From Podarcis melisellensis (lineage: Eukaryota): DNA of 64,000 bases. This document shows positions 12,960-23,157 of the stretch, piece by piece. A program made the translations under genes and the position numbers. The notes under the pieces were generated by a model. It did not search any database and was not told the origin of the DNA. It saw only the letters and a program-made list of their open reading frames with translations. The DNA lies in NCBI GenBank assembly GCA_964234715.1, contig OZ174277.1, one strand, 5' to 3'. Each line of letters starts with the position of its first letter. Positions within the stretch are counted from its first letter, which is position 1.

Positions 12960-15900
12960 TATATGTATGTATGTATGTGTACACACACACACACACATTT
13001 CTGTGCTTCCTGGGAGTGGTATGCATCTGTCAGGGGCTCTTGCATTTGGATCAGGAGTTTGATGGCCTGGGCCAACAGCCTAACTAAGTGGTCTACAATG
13101 GAGGCTAGAGTATTGGGGCAAATGGAGCACTTCTTCACCAGCTTCAGTCTGCCCTCAGCCAGCCCCCACCTTCCTGCCCTCAGCCAGCCCCCACCCCAGG
13201 GGGTGGCCCTACCTGACCGATTCCTCTTCCCTAGTCTCAGCAAGGAGGAGGATGGGGACAAAAGTAGAATTTGTTGGCTCTGCCCTCCATTGGCTCCAGT
13301 TCCACTTCCTGTGCCATTGTTTATGTAGCCAAAATGCCACCATCCATGCACATGAGGCAGGTATCAGCAGACTTGTGGGAACTTCAAGGTCTGCAAAACC
13401 TTTGGAGGTGGGGAAACTCCTAAGGGGAGCAACGACAGGGAGAATCCAAACTGCGGCATTTTCTTGCAGTTCCCACTAGCAAATAGTAAAAATTTGGCTT
13501 TCCGCCCTTGCCCATGTTGCCTCATGGTAGCAAGTATGTGCATGCAAAAAGTTTTCATTTAATTACTTCGTGTGTTTTAATTCAGTTCAGCTTTTTTGGG
13601 TTATAACTATAGGTCATCACAAATATAAAAAAAGGGGAGATCGCCGTTAATGAATGAATGAGATGAGAAGTAAAACAACAAAAAAAGTCTCCATTTTACT
13701 TCAATGCATGCATTTCTCCTTTTCCTCATAGCAGAGTAACATTGTCTTCCATAAACACAGTCTTAAACGTGAGTCCACAAGTGACCTTGGAGGCCAATTC
13801 CACACTTCCTTCCACAGTGGGGACATAGGTTTCCGGTTGGGAGTTGATCACGGTGTGGGTTTGCCAAACGTGCCTTTCTCTTAGCACGTTTCACCCTTTC
13901 ATCTTGAGTTCAAGCATCTTCAAAGCCCATGACACCTTTGGTAAACACTGTTCTCCAATTGGAGCCAGTGTTTCCCAGTTGTTGGTGTTTATACTACATT
14001 TTTTTAGATTTGCCTTGAGAGAGTCTTTGAACCTCTTTTGTTGACCACCAGCATTACGCTTACCATTTTAAGTTCGGAGTAAACATGACTCCACATTTTG
14101 TTGCAGTTCCCATAAGTAAATAGTAAAAAATTCACCCTAACATGGGGTTTCTATGCATAAGTGACATTATTACTTGTTGGGGTTTTTTAATTAGACCATA
14201 TGCTTCAGATTGGACAGAAACCTTCCAAAATCTGGCCAGAATAATCCTCATATAGGAGAAGGGGAAGGTTTTCTTCACTAACTGATGGAGAAAGTTATTT
14301 TTCATCTTTCATATAAAGAACAATGTTGTTGACATTTTTAAAAAAATAAAAAGTCAGAGCATATCCATCCTTCCCCCTCCTATCAGCTGAAATAAATCTA
14401 CTAAGAGCCCCTTACAAAGATAGTTTTCCCTTCAGGGAGGTGTTAGAACAAAGCATCTAGAAAAGAATCAGAAGGCATTGGTCAATATTGGTGCTGGATA
14501 GCTCGAGCCACAACAATGGTTTCAGAAGCAGCTTCCAAATTCACAGATACTGCAGATAATAACCCTTTCACGAGTCTTGAATGTTTATGTATTAGATGGC
14601 TCAGCATGAAGCAGTTGTGCAGAATGAAGAATCTGCTCCTAAATCTTTCTTGTTCTTCCATGAAGGTGTTATTTTCTATTGTCCAGACTTCAAGTTTAAC
14701 TAACAGATACCTCACATATATTTTAGCAACAGTATCAAACTGATTGATTGGTCTATAATTCAGTGGTAAAGTTTTATCTTCTGTTTTATATATGGGAGTG
14801 GGTTTAATTCATTTCATTATTCATCAGTTTGCTTTTCATTTGTTTTCACAGCCGATACATAATTAGTTCCTTCATTTTCATTATTCCCATTCACTGTCGT
14901 TTTCTCCTTCCTTAAGTGAAATTTAGCTACATACTCTTCCGCTGCCTGTAACTTTAGTGTTTTACATTTTGAAAAACGGCATGGTATTTTTTAGCCTCTT
15001 TCTAACTTTCCAAAGGATCAGACCTACCACATTCCAGAAAGAAAGGACAAAGTGTACCCATGTTAGAGGCAGTTTAAAAATGCACACCTTTTCACTAATG
15101 AGCTATGAATGAAGTGAATGGGAAATGAATGGGGTTTTTTTAAATCAAAACTTATTCATTCAAAAGTCTACTCACTTTTTCAATAGAAACAAATGAAATA
15201 AAATGGGGCTGTCTGCCTGTTCCATTCCAGACTTTGGCTTTTGAACTCAAGGATTCTGGAGAACATCCTCTCTAGGGTTTGTTTTAGGCCTTGTTAACTT
15301 GTATTATTCCATCTGAATGTCTTATTCTGATGTAATATAATACATGACTGTAGCATTGTAGGAACCATACCATTGACACAAGTATTACTTTGGAAGTCGA
15401 CGGCTGTTAGATTTGGGGCAGGGGCAGGATAGCAGTCAACCTGTAACTTTAAAACAGGATCTGACTGCCCAATGAAAACATAGCTTATTTTCTACTGTGG
15501 TAATTTTTCATTAGAAAGTATGTTAAACTTTTTAGATGGTGGTTTTGATTCTGAAAGGTTAACCGATGATTAAATTGAACAATGTTTTTTAAGGAGCAGA
15601 GAGTAGTTAGAAAACAATTTTAGTATTTCAGAGAAATAAAGGTCAAAGGAACTTATTCCAGCATCTTACAGTAATTGAGTTTGTGGTTTGATAGATTTAA
15701 ATCACATACAAAACCTAAAGGTCAAAGAGCAATCTTGGCTGAAGTGGGCTCAATAAGTATTTTGTTTCTGTATATTGTAAATGGTCTGTGGCACAACTTT
15801 ATGACTACAATGAAGGATAGACTAGTTTCTTCTATGCACACGAAATTGGGTTTTATTCATGGTGCAATGAAATCTATTTTTAAGAAGTTCAATATAGAGG

Positions 15901-16001
15901 CTCGTTCAAAAGTATCCACTGGAAAAAGAAGCCGGTATGAAATTGCATAGCTTTCTCTTAGGCAATACACAATTATATTCATCTTTTATTTTATTTTAAA
16001 G

Positions 16002-16144
16002 CATCTCAGTGAAGACCTTGAGGATTCATCATGTTCATCGGCACAAAAGAAAATTAACAGGCAGTTTTACAAATTTATCGTATTTCCTGGCAAATGGATA
16101 AAAATCTGGTATGATCGACTTACCTTGCTGGCCCTGCTAGACAG
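16002..16144 (+). CDS. PCNX2: PCNX2 exon (HLSEDLE...FYKFIVFPGKWIKIWYDRLTLLALLDR)
   Basis: tttaaag acceptor, AG|gtaaac donor, 143 nt, phase 0->2; pecanex DRLTLLAL motif. Confidence 0.93.
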
Positions 16145-16858
16145 GTAAACTTTTCTTTTTTAAAAATTTCTATTTTACAGTGACATTTATTTGTTCCTTA
16201 GAATAGGGCTGGCATTTCAGATTCTGGGAGGTAGACCAAAGGGACTTAAAAGGAGGCAAAGATTCATTGTGAAAGGTCTACCCGCAGATACGGTAGAGAT
16301 TAAATTGTGAAACACTAGCATATTTTTGAAGAAAATTCATTAGGATATTTTCTTGTTTCATTGTGAGCTAGCAGCCTTGTGCTGGGCTTTGCTCGGGAAT
16401 GCCAAGAAACCAAAATGTTTTTGACGCAAATAAACTAATTTTGAAAACGCACAAAGGGTTTTTAATATCTTTGACAATGCTAACGTTTATATAGACCCAT
16501 TTATTGTAGCAATCATACAGAAACTGGGTTGCCAGAAATGCGTGTGCTCCTAAGGAATAATCACATGTAATTTGAAACATGGGGAACATTGATGGTCTTC
16601 CTACCTTGTTTTAAAATAATACCCTTGCCTGTCACTCTGACTCAGCAATATTTTGCATGTACTGTGACTTCAGTACACACATCTTGCTTTCTCACTCGTA
16701 AGGGCTGTTCTGTTTCCTGTGGTTGTGGGGGCAGGGGACAACTTTGCACAAAGAAGCCATCTAAGGATGGAGTATTGTGTCTTCATCAGGGCATAATAGA
16801 GATTTGTTTTAGGGCATCCAGAGAAGGTTAAGCCTGATGCAAATAACTGAGATGGTAA

Positions 16859-16903
<45 letters not shown>
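16859..16903. repeat. (ATT)n microsatellite
   Basis: Direct reading. Confidence 0.95.
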
Positions 16904-16905
<2 letters not shown>

Positions 16906-17049
16906 GTTAGTGCACAGTTATGGACTTAAATTCCATTAGTTTCACTTAATTTCTTTAGATAGCACATTGCACCTGCCCCCTCCTCTCCCTAATGTTGCTA
17001 TAAAGATATGTTATACATATGGTTGTATTTCTTCTTTGAGTAAAATACT

Positions 17050-17458
17050 TGTCAGGGAACTGCCATCGGAGAGGCAGGAGGTGGAGGGGCTCTCAGAAGT
17101 CAGGAGAGACTCAGCAGCGGAGGAAGGCACCAGCAGGGGGAGAGTGGGGGATCAGAAAGAGAGAGAGACGGAGGAATGGCTCAGGGAGTCTTCCAGCGAT
17201 AACAGCGGAGAAGTTCCAGGTCCTCCCATAGGTACTCCCACCCCTCGCCGGAAACTGTCGCGCCGAGAGTCCAGACGACGCGTTTCCGTCAAGGAGCTTT
17301 TATGCTGGAGTAGATTCCGTAAACGACCACTGTCGGATTCTGCCAGCGACTGACGGAGCCATGCTCAAGGGGCTCCGTGAGAGACAGAGGTTTGCTGATT
17401 TTGCCAAAACTCTGAGGGACTAAGCTTTTACGCACAAGCAGCTCATTATCCCATCACA
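17050..17458 (+). repeat. 5' LTR (409 bp)
   Basis: Direct repeat of 22138-22546 with 4 substitutions seen by eye; TGTCA...TCACA termini. Confidence 0.97.
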
Positions 17459-17460
17459 GC

Positions 17461-17471
17461 AATCCGACAGT
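17461..17471 (+). promoter_or_regulatory. Self-priming primer-binding site (Tf1 type)
   Basis: AATCCGACAGT is the exact reverse complement of LTR 17329-17339 (ACTGTCGGATT); no TGG tRNA PBS present. Confidence 0.8.
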
Positions 17472-17503
17472 CTTTGAAAGCAGCTTGTGCAAGGAGAGGC
17501 ATC

Positions 17504-18518
17504 ATGAGCAACCCAGCCAAAACCGGAGGAGCAGGAGCTGGAGCGGGTCCAAGCCTGGAAGAAAGGTACTGGGCGTTGGAGGTCAAGCTAGTGCTGCAAA
17601 CGGCGAGGCTTGAGGAGAGGAGGGCTCAGGATGCGGATAAGGGAAAAACCACCCCACTCGCAAGAAAGGTGCCAGGATTGGTGCAGAGGTTTGGGGGGGA
17701 TCCCAGGAACTATCAAGCCTTTAGAACAGAGATGCAATATGCCCTCAATCTGCAGTTTGATGACTTCCCCGATGAGGAGTCGAGAGTGGCGTTTGTGATT
17801 GGCCATCTCGAAGGGGGGGGCGAAAGACTGGGTTAGGCCCCTGATGGCAGCCAATAATGACATCCTAAAGGACTCAAGGAAGTTTTTTTGCGCCATGGAT
17901 CTGATGTTTTCCAGCAAGATTGAGCAGGGAGTGGTGCGCAGACAGTTAATGGCGTGTAAACAGGGGAGCCGATCTGTCCGTGAGTACTGGACTGAGTTCA
18001 CCATGCTGATTCATAGACTGGGTTGGGATCTATCGAGTGACCCCATACAAATGCTGTTCGAAGAAGGGCTCTCTTCGGCAGTGAAAGATGAACTTTCCCG
18101 GGCGCCTAGGGCGGAGTCTATGGACCAGCTGACTAAATCCGCGCTGACCATAGGAGCGCGCCAGGAGGCGAGAGCTTTGGAAAAGCGGGAAGGAAAGGGG
18201 GAACGTTGGAGGGATTTCCGCATTCCAGAGATTCCAGAGCAGCCTTTCCCACCAGCAGAGCCGATGGAACTTGGAACAGCGCGCGCGCGCGCAGTTTCAA
18301 ACCCCAGTGAAGGGAGGAAGAAGGAGGGAAAGAGTGCCAAGAAATGTTATCTCTGCCAACAGCCAGGTCACTTTGCCAGAGTCTGCCCGCAAAGAAAGGA
18401 ATGGCAAGGGATGGCGGGAGCTGTTGGGGGGAAAGAGGAAGAAGAAGTCAAGGAGCAAGTAAAAGCCAACGCCTGGCTGCCACCATCGGGGCACAGCAGC
18501 CAGGCCAAAGAGCAGTGA
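17504..18518 (+). CDS. gag: Gag (PEG10/sushi-like capsid plus CX2CX4HX4C knuckle), split by one extra G in the G8 run at 17813-17820
   Basis: ORFs 17474-17836 and 17799-18518 join as ...GHLEGGAKDWVRPL if one G is removed; CYLCQQPGHFARVC knuckle. Confidence 0.85.
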
Positions 18519-18526
18519 AAGTGCCC
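18458..18526 (+). promoter_or_regulatory. Putative -1 ribosomal frameshift signal (A GTA AAA, 6-nt spacer, H-type pseudoknot)
   Basis: Stem 1 GCCTGGCTGC (18471-18480) pairs with GCAGCCAGGC (18496-18505); loop GGGCAC pairs with GTGCCC (18521-18526); lies in the gag/pol overlap. Confidence 0.75.
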
Positions 18527-21500
18527 ACGCCGGAACCCCCAAGACCAGCGCTGGTGATAGAGGTGTTGCTAGAGCTGCCAAACGGACACCCACTAAAGAT
18601 AAAAGCGCTATTGGATTCAGGCAGCTCCTGTAATTTTATGAGTAAGGAGTTTGCAGCTGAGCACCAGATACAGACTATCCCTTTAAGTAACCCTTTGCAG
18701 GTGACCACGATTGATGGGAGGGAGCTGTTGGGAGGAGAAGTGAGCCAACAGACTGTCCCAATGATAATGAGGGTGGCAAGACACACCGAACTGATAGCGT
18801 TTAACGTGGCCACCTTGGGAGGAGCTCCCATTATTTTGGGGATGAGCTGGCTAGCGCTACATGATCCGCTAGTAGGCTGGCATCAGAGGGTGGTTTCCTT
18901 TGGATCAGCACATTGCCTAGAACACTGCAAAGAGGGAAAGGCTCAGGAAGGGGCCAGGGCCACTCTAGCAGGGACGGAAGTAACGGACAAGGGGAAGGTG
19001 CCACGACAATACGCTGACCTGATTGACGTCTTCAGTGAAAGAGAAGCAGACAAACTGCCCCCGCACAGACCTTTTGACTGTCAAATTAACTTATTCCCAG
19101 GAGCACAATTGCCAGTAGGCAAGCTGTATGCAATGTCAGACAGTGAAATGCAGGAGTTAAGGGAGTTCATTGACAAGAATCTCAAGCGAGGTTTCATCAG
19201 AGAGTCACGAGCGGTGGGGGGCAGCCCAGTGTTCTTTGTGGACAAAAAAAATACTAATAAACCCAGATTGGTCATGGACTTTCGGGCCCTAAATGCAGTG
19301 TCAGAACCAGTGACCTTCCCCATGCCCAGAATCGATGACATTTTGACCCGGGTGAGGAAAGGGAAAATCTTTACCAAGCTGGACCTTAGGGGTGCATATA
19401 ATCTGATACGTATGAGAAAGGGTGATGAGTGGAAAACCACTATGTTCACCCCCTTGGGGGCCTTTGAGTATCTCGTTATGCCCTTCGGTCTACAGGCGGG
19501 CTCGGCCTGTTTTCAATCGTTCATGAATCACGTATTGGGACCATTGCTTTACAAGAACTGCGTAGCGTTCTTAGATGACGTCCTGGTGTACTCGGAGAAT
19601 GAGGAGCAGCATGTACGAGATGTAAGAGAGGTACTGAGCAGATTGCAAGAAAACCAGCTGTGGGTGAAACTGGAGAAGTGTCAGTTTCATACCAGGGAGG
19701 TGGAATTCCTGGGGTACCGGTTGTCAGACAAGGGATTGGCCATGGATCCCAGCAAGGTTCAAGCGGTACTGGAATGGAAGACACCGAAAACTAAGAAGGA
19801 CGTGCAAAGATTCCTGGGCTTCGGAAACTTCTATCGGAAGTTCATCAAAAACTTTGCCCACTTAACGGCGCCCATCACTGATTGGCTTAGCAGCAAAAAG
19901 AAATTTGTCTGGACGGAAGAGGCGCAGCGAGCGTTCGAAAGATTAAAGAAGGCGTTTGCGTTGGAAGAGCAACTTCTGCACGTGGATCTACAGCAACCAA
20001 TGAGAGTGGAGACTGACACGTCAGACCGAGCGGTGGGGGCTGTGCTTCTACAGCCGGGAAAAGATACGTCGGAATGGAGACCGTGTGCTTTCTTCTCGCG
20101 GAAGTTGAACAAATCCGAGAGGAACTACACCGTATACGACCGAGAACTGCTCGCCATTCATGAAGCATTCTGGAGATGGCGACACTTGCTGATTGGGGCG
20201 CAGCACAAGGTCCAAGTGCGAACCGACCACAAAAATCTGGAATATTGGAGAACAGCCAGAGTACTGAACCAGAGACAAGTGAGATGGGCCCAGGAGTTCT
20301 CCAAATTCCATTTTGAAATTCATTACGTACCAGGCTCGGAGAACGTAAGGGCGGACGCTCTTTCCAGAAAACCTGAGTACTTAGAGGGGGAGGGAGCGCC
20401 TGAGGAAAGGCATATAATCCCTGAGGACCACTGGGTGTGTGGGGCGGCATTGGTGGGGCAGAGAGAACTGGTAGAGGGTACCGAGAACGATGAATACGCC
20501 CAAGAAAAACTCAGAGAACTCAGGGGGACAGGGGAGAACACAGGGGGGTTTGAAGAAAAGAATGGGGCATTGTATTACAAAGGGGCACTGTACATACCCG
20601 ATGGGGAACTGAGGGGCAGAGTACTCAAACAGTTACACGACAGCCCCACAGCAGGGCACTTCGGGCAGCACAAAACCATGTGGTTGGTTACCAGGGAGTT
20701 TTGGTGGCCCAAGGTGAGGGAAGACGTGAGGGAATATGTCAGGGGGTGCGACAGGTGTCAGCGAGCGAAAGGGGAGAGGCTGGCACCAGCTGGGCTATTG
20801 GAACCCTTACCCACACCAGAAAGGCCATGGGAGGCAGAATCCATAGATTTTATGACGGACCTGCCAAGATCCAAAGGGAAGACAGCCGTCATGGTGGTAG
20901 TAGACCTATTAACTAAGATGTGTCATTTTATAGCCTGTTCACACGCGGTCACAGCGGAAGAAACCGCCAAGTTGTTTGTAGAGCATATTTTCAGGTTGCA
21001 TGGCGCCCCCTTGAGGGTGGTCAGCGACAGAGGGAAACAATCTACTTCCAGGTTCTGGAGGAAGCTCATGAGCTTACTGCACGTGGAAGTCAATTTTTCC
21101 ACTGCCCGGCACCCAGAAACAAATGGGCAAGCGGAAAGGGCAAACGGGATTTTACAACAATACCTGAGGTGTTATGTAAGTGACAGAGAAAATGATTGGG
21201 TAGATAAGTTGGCTCTGGCAGAATTTGCCTACAACAACGCAGAGAATGTGTCCACAGGGATAAGTCCCTTCCTGGCGAATCATGGGTGTCATCCTAGGGC
21301 ATTTCCAGGAGAAGGAGGGGAGAGATGGAGTGTCCCGGCTGCGGAACACTTTGTTGAAGTGATGGAAGCGATCCACTGGCAACTCCAACTTAACTTGGAG
21401 AGGGCCAAGGAAGAATACAAGAAGCAAGCAGACAGAAGCAGAAGGGAAGGTGAAACCATAAGGGTGGGGGACCGGGTGTGGCTATCCACCCAAGGGTTGC

Positions 21501-22354
21501 CGTTCAAGGGTGGGTGTAAGAAATTGAGACCCAAGCGGCTGGGACCCTTTGAGGTCACACAACAGGTCAACCCAGTGGCATTCAAACTCAGATTGCCCAA
21601 TCACATGAAACTGCACCCAGTATTTCACAGGTCTCTGCTGTCGCCATACCGAGAGGGGCGAGAGTGGGGGGAACGTGAGAGGGAGGTTACTCAAACACTA
21701 GTCATAGAAGAAAGGGAACGCAACATGCATGTGGCAGGAATCATTGATTCCAGGTGGACAGGGAATCAGGTGGAGTATTTGGTAGAATGGGAAGGGGAAG
21801 CGGAGTCGGAAAACACATGGGTACCGGCAGAGGAGGTCAATGATGAGTTGTTAATAGAAACGTTTCATCAACGGTTTCCAAGGAAAGCTCAGCCCGTGGA
21901 ACGATTCAGGAGGGAACACTTCGGCACAACCGATGAGGAAGAGGAGTTTGCAGGGTTCCCAGAATCTGGGCTGGAAGAGGGAATAAACTCTGACGAGGAA
22001 GAGGACACAGGGAGACAGTGGAGAGAAGTGTTCGAATCCTCTGATGATGAGGAGTGTTCTTTCCGGGGTTTTCCATCCTCACCGCCAGCAGGGAAGGGGG
22101 CGGGAGAGGGGGGAGGGGGCCCTGGAGGGGAGGTGGATGTCAGGGAACTGCCATCGGAGAGGCAGGAGGTGGAGGGGCTCTCAGAAGTCAGGAGAGACTC
22201 AGCAGCGGAGGAAGGCACCAGCAGGGGGAGAGTGGGGGATCAGAAAGAGAGAGAGACGGAGGAATGGCTCAGGGAGTCTTCCAGCGATAACAGCGGAGAA
22301 GTTCCAGGTCCTCCCATAGGTACTCCCACCCCTCGCCGGAAACTGTCGCGCTGA
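18464..22354 (+). CDS. pol: Pol polyprotein (protease, RT, RNase H, integrase, GPF motif, chromodomain, acidic tail), in the -1 frame relative to gag
   Basis: LLDSGS; YLVMPFGL/FLDD; TDTS..TDHKNL; H..H..C..C with SIDF/SDRG/GQAER; RLGPF; YLVEWEG..ENTW; open frame 18344-22354. Confidence 0.95.
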   Translation, partial: SQRLAATIGAQQPGQRAVKVPTPEPPRPALVIEVLLELPNGHPLKIKALLDSGSSCNFMSKEFAAEHQIQTIPLSNPLQVTTIDGRELLGGEVSQQTVPMIMRVARHTELIAFNVATLGGAPIILGMSWLALHDPLVGWHQRVVSFGSAHCLEHCKEGKAQEGARATLAGTEVTDKGKVPRQYADLIDVFSEREADKLPPHRPFDCQINLFPGAQLPVGKLYAMSDSEMQELREFIDKNLKRGFIRESRAVGGSPVFFVDKKNTNKPRLVMDFRALNAVSEPVTFPMPRIDDILTRVRKGKIFTKLDLRGAYNLIRMRKGDEWKTTMFTPLGAFEYLVMPFGLQAGSACFQSFMNHVLGPLLYKNCVAFLDDVLVYSENEEQHVRDVREVLSRLQENQLWVKLEKCQFHTREVEFLGYRLSDKGLAMDPSKVQAVLEWKTPKTKKDVQRFLGFGNFYRKFIKNFAHLTAPITDWLSSKKKFVWTEEAQRAFERLKKAFALEEQLLHVDLQQPMRVETDTSDRAVGAVLLQPGKDTSEWRPCAFFSRKLNKSERNYTVYDRELLAIHEAFWRWRHLLIGAQHKVQVRTDHKNLEYWRTARVLNQRQVRWAQEFSKFHFEIHYVPGSENVRADALSRKPEYLEGEGAPEERHIIPEDHWVCGAALVGQRELVEGTENDEYAQEKLRELRGTGENTGGFEEKNGALYYKGALYIPDGELRGRVLKQLHDSPTAGHFGQHKTMWLVTREFWWPKVREDVREYVRGCDRCQRAKGERLAPAGLLEPLPTPERPWEAESIDFMTDLPRSKGKTAVMVVVDLLTKMCHFIACSHAVTAEETAKLFVEHIFRLHGAPLRVVSDRGKQSTSRFWRKLMSLLHVEVNFSTARHPETNGQAERANGILQQYLRCYVSDRENDWVDKLALAEFAYNNAENVSTGISPFLANHGCHPRAFPGEGGERWSVPAAEHFVEVMEAIHWQLQLNLERAKEEYKKQADRSRREGETIRVGDRVWLSTQGLPFKGGCKKLRPKRLGPFEVTQQVNPVAFKLRLPNHMKLHPVFHRSLLSPYREGREWGEREREVTQTLVIEERERNMHVAGIIDSRWTGNQVEYLVEWEGEAESENTWVPAEEVNDELLIETFHQRFPRKAQPVERFRREHFGTTDEEEEFAGFPESGLEEGINSDEEEDTGRQWREVFESSDDEECSFRGFPSSPPAGKGAGEGGGGPGGEVDVRELPSERQEVEGLSEVRRDSAAEEGTSRGRVGDQKERETEEWLRESSSDNSGEVPGPPIGTPTPRRKLSR

Positions 22355-22546
22355 GAGTCCAGCCGACGCGTTTCCGTCAAGGAGCTTTTATGCTGGAGTA
22401 GATTCCGTAAACGCCCACTGTTGGATTCTGCCAGCGACTGACGGAGCCATGCTCAAGGGGCTCCGTGAGAGACAGAGGTTTGCTGATTTTGCCAAAACTC
22501 TGAGGGACTAAGCTTTTACGCACAAGCAGCTCATTATCCCATCACA
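22138..22546 (+). repeat. 3' LTR (409 bp)
   Basis: Direct repeat of the 5' LTR; preceded by purine tract ggaggggaggtgga. Confidence 0.97.
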
Positions 22547-22565
22547 ATACTTGTGTTTTATTTCT

Positions 22566-23080
<515 letters not shown>

Positions 23081-23124
23081 TAATTCACTGATAGCTAATG
23101 CGGTGAATCTTGTTTTGTTTTCAG

Positions 23125-23157
23125 AGCATTCAGCCTGATCCTGCCTCACCAATACAT
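23125..23157 (+). CDS. PCNX2: PCNX2 33-nt exon (SIQPDPASPIH)
   Basis: ttttcag acceptor, CAT|gtaagt donor; follows a 92-nt intron; pecanex SxQPDxASPxHG motif. Confidence 0.93.

Larger units (their letters stand above)
17050..22546 (+). mobile_element. Full-length Ty3/Gypsy LTR retrotransposon, chromovirus of Tf1/sushi type
   Basis: TG..CA LTRs at 17050-17458 and 22138-22546; ATACT TSD at 17045-17049 and 22547-22551; gag with CCHC; pol order PR-RT-RH-IN-chromo; purine tract before the 3' LTR. Confidence 0.97.

Noticed and set aside
16967-17353. 128-aa ORF as an independent gene
   Set aside because: It is the LTR copy of the Pol C-terminal frame fused to flanking intron sequence, with a non-ATG start.
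18426-18435. GGGAAAG as the gag-pol slippery site
   Set aside because: Wrong phase in the gag frame (GGG AAA G) and too far from the pseudoknot.
17588-22218. Antisense ORFs within the Gypsy element (env-like or accessory genes)
   Set aside because: Short shadows of the gag/pol frames with no recognisable domain.
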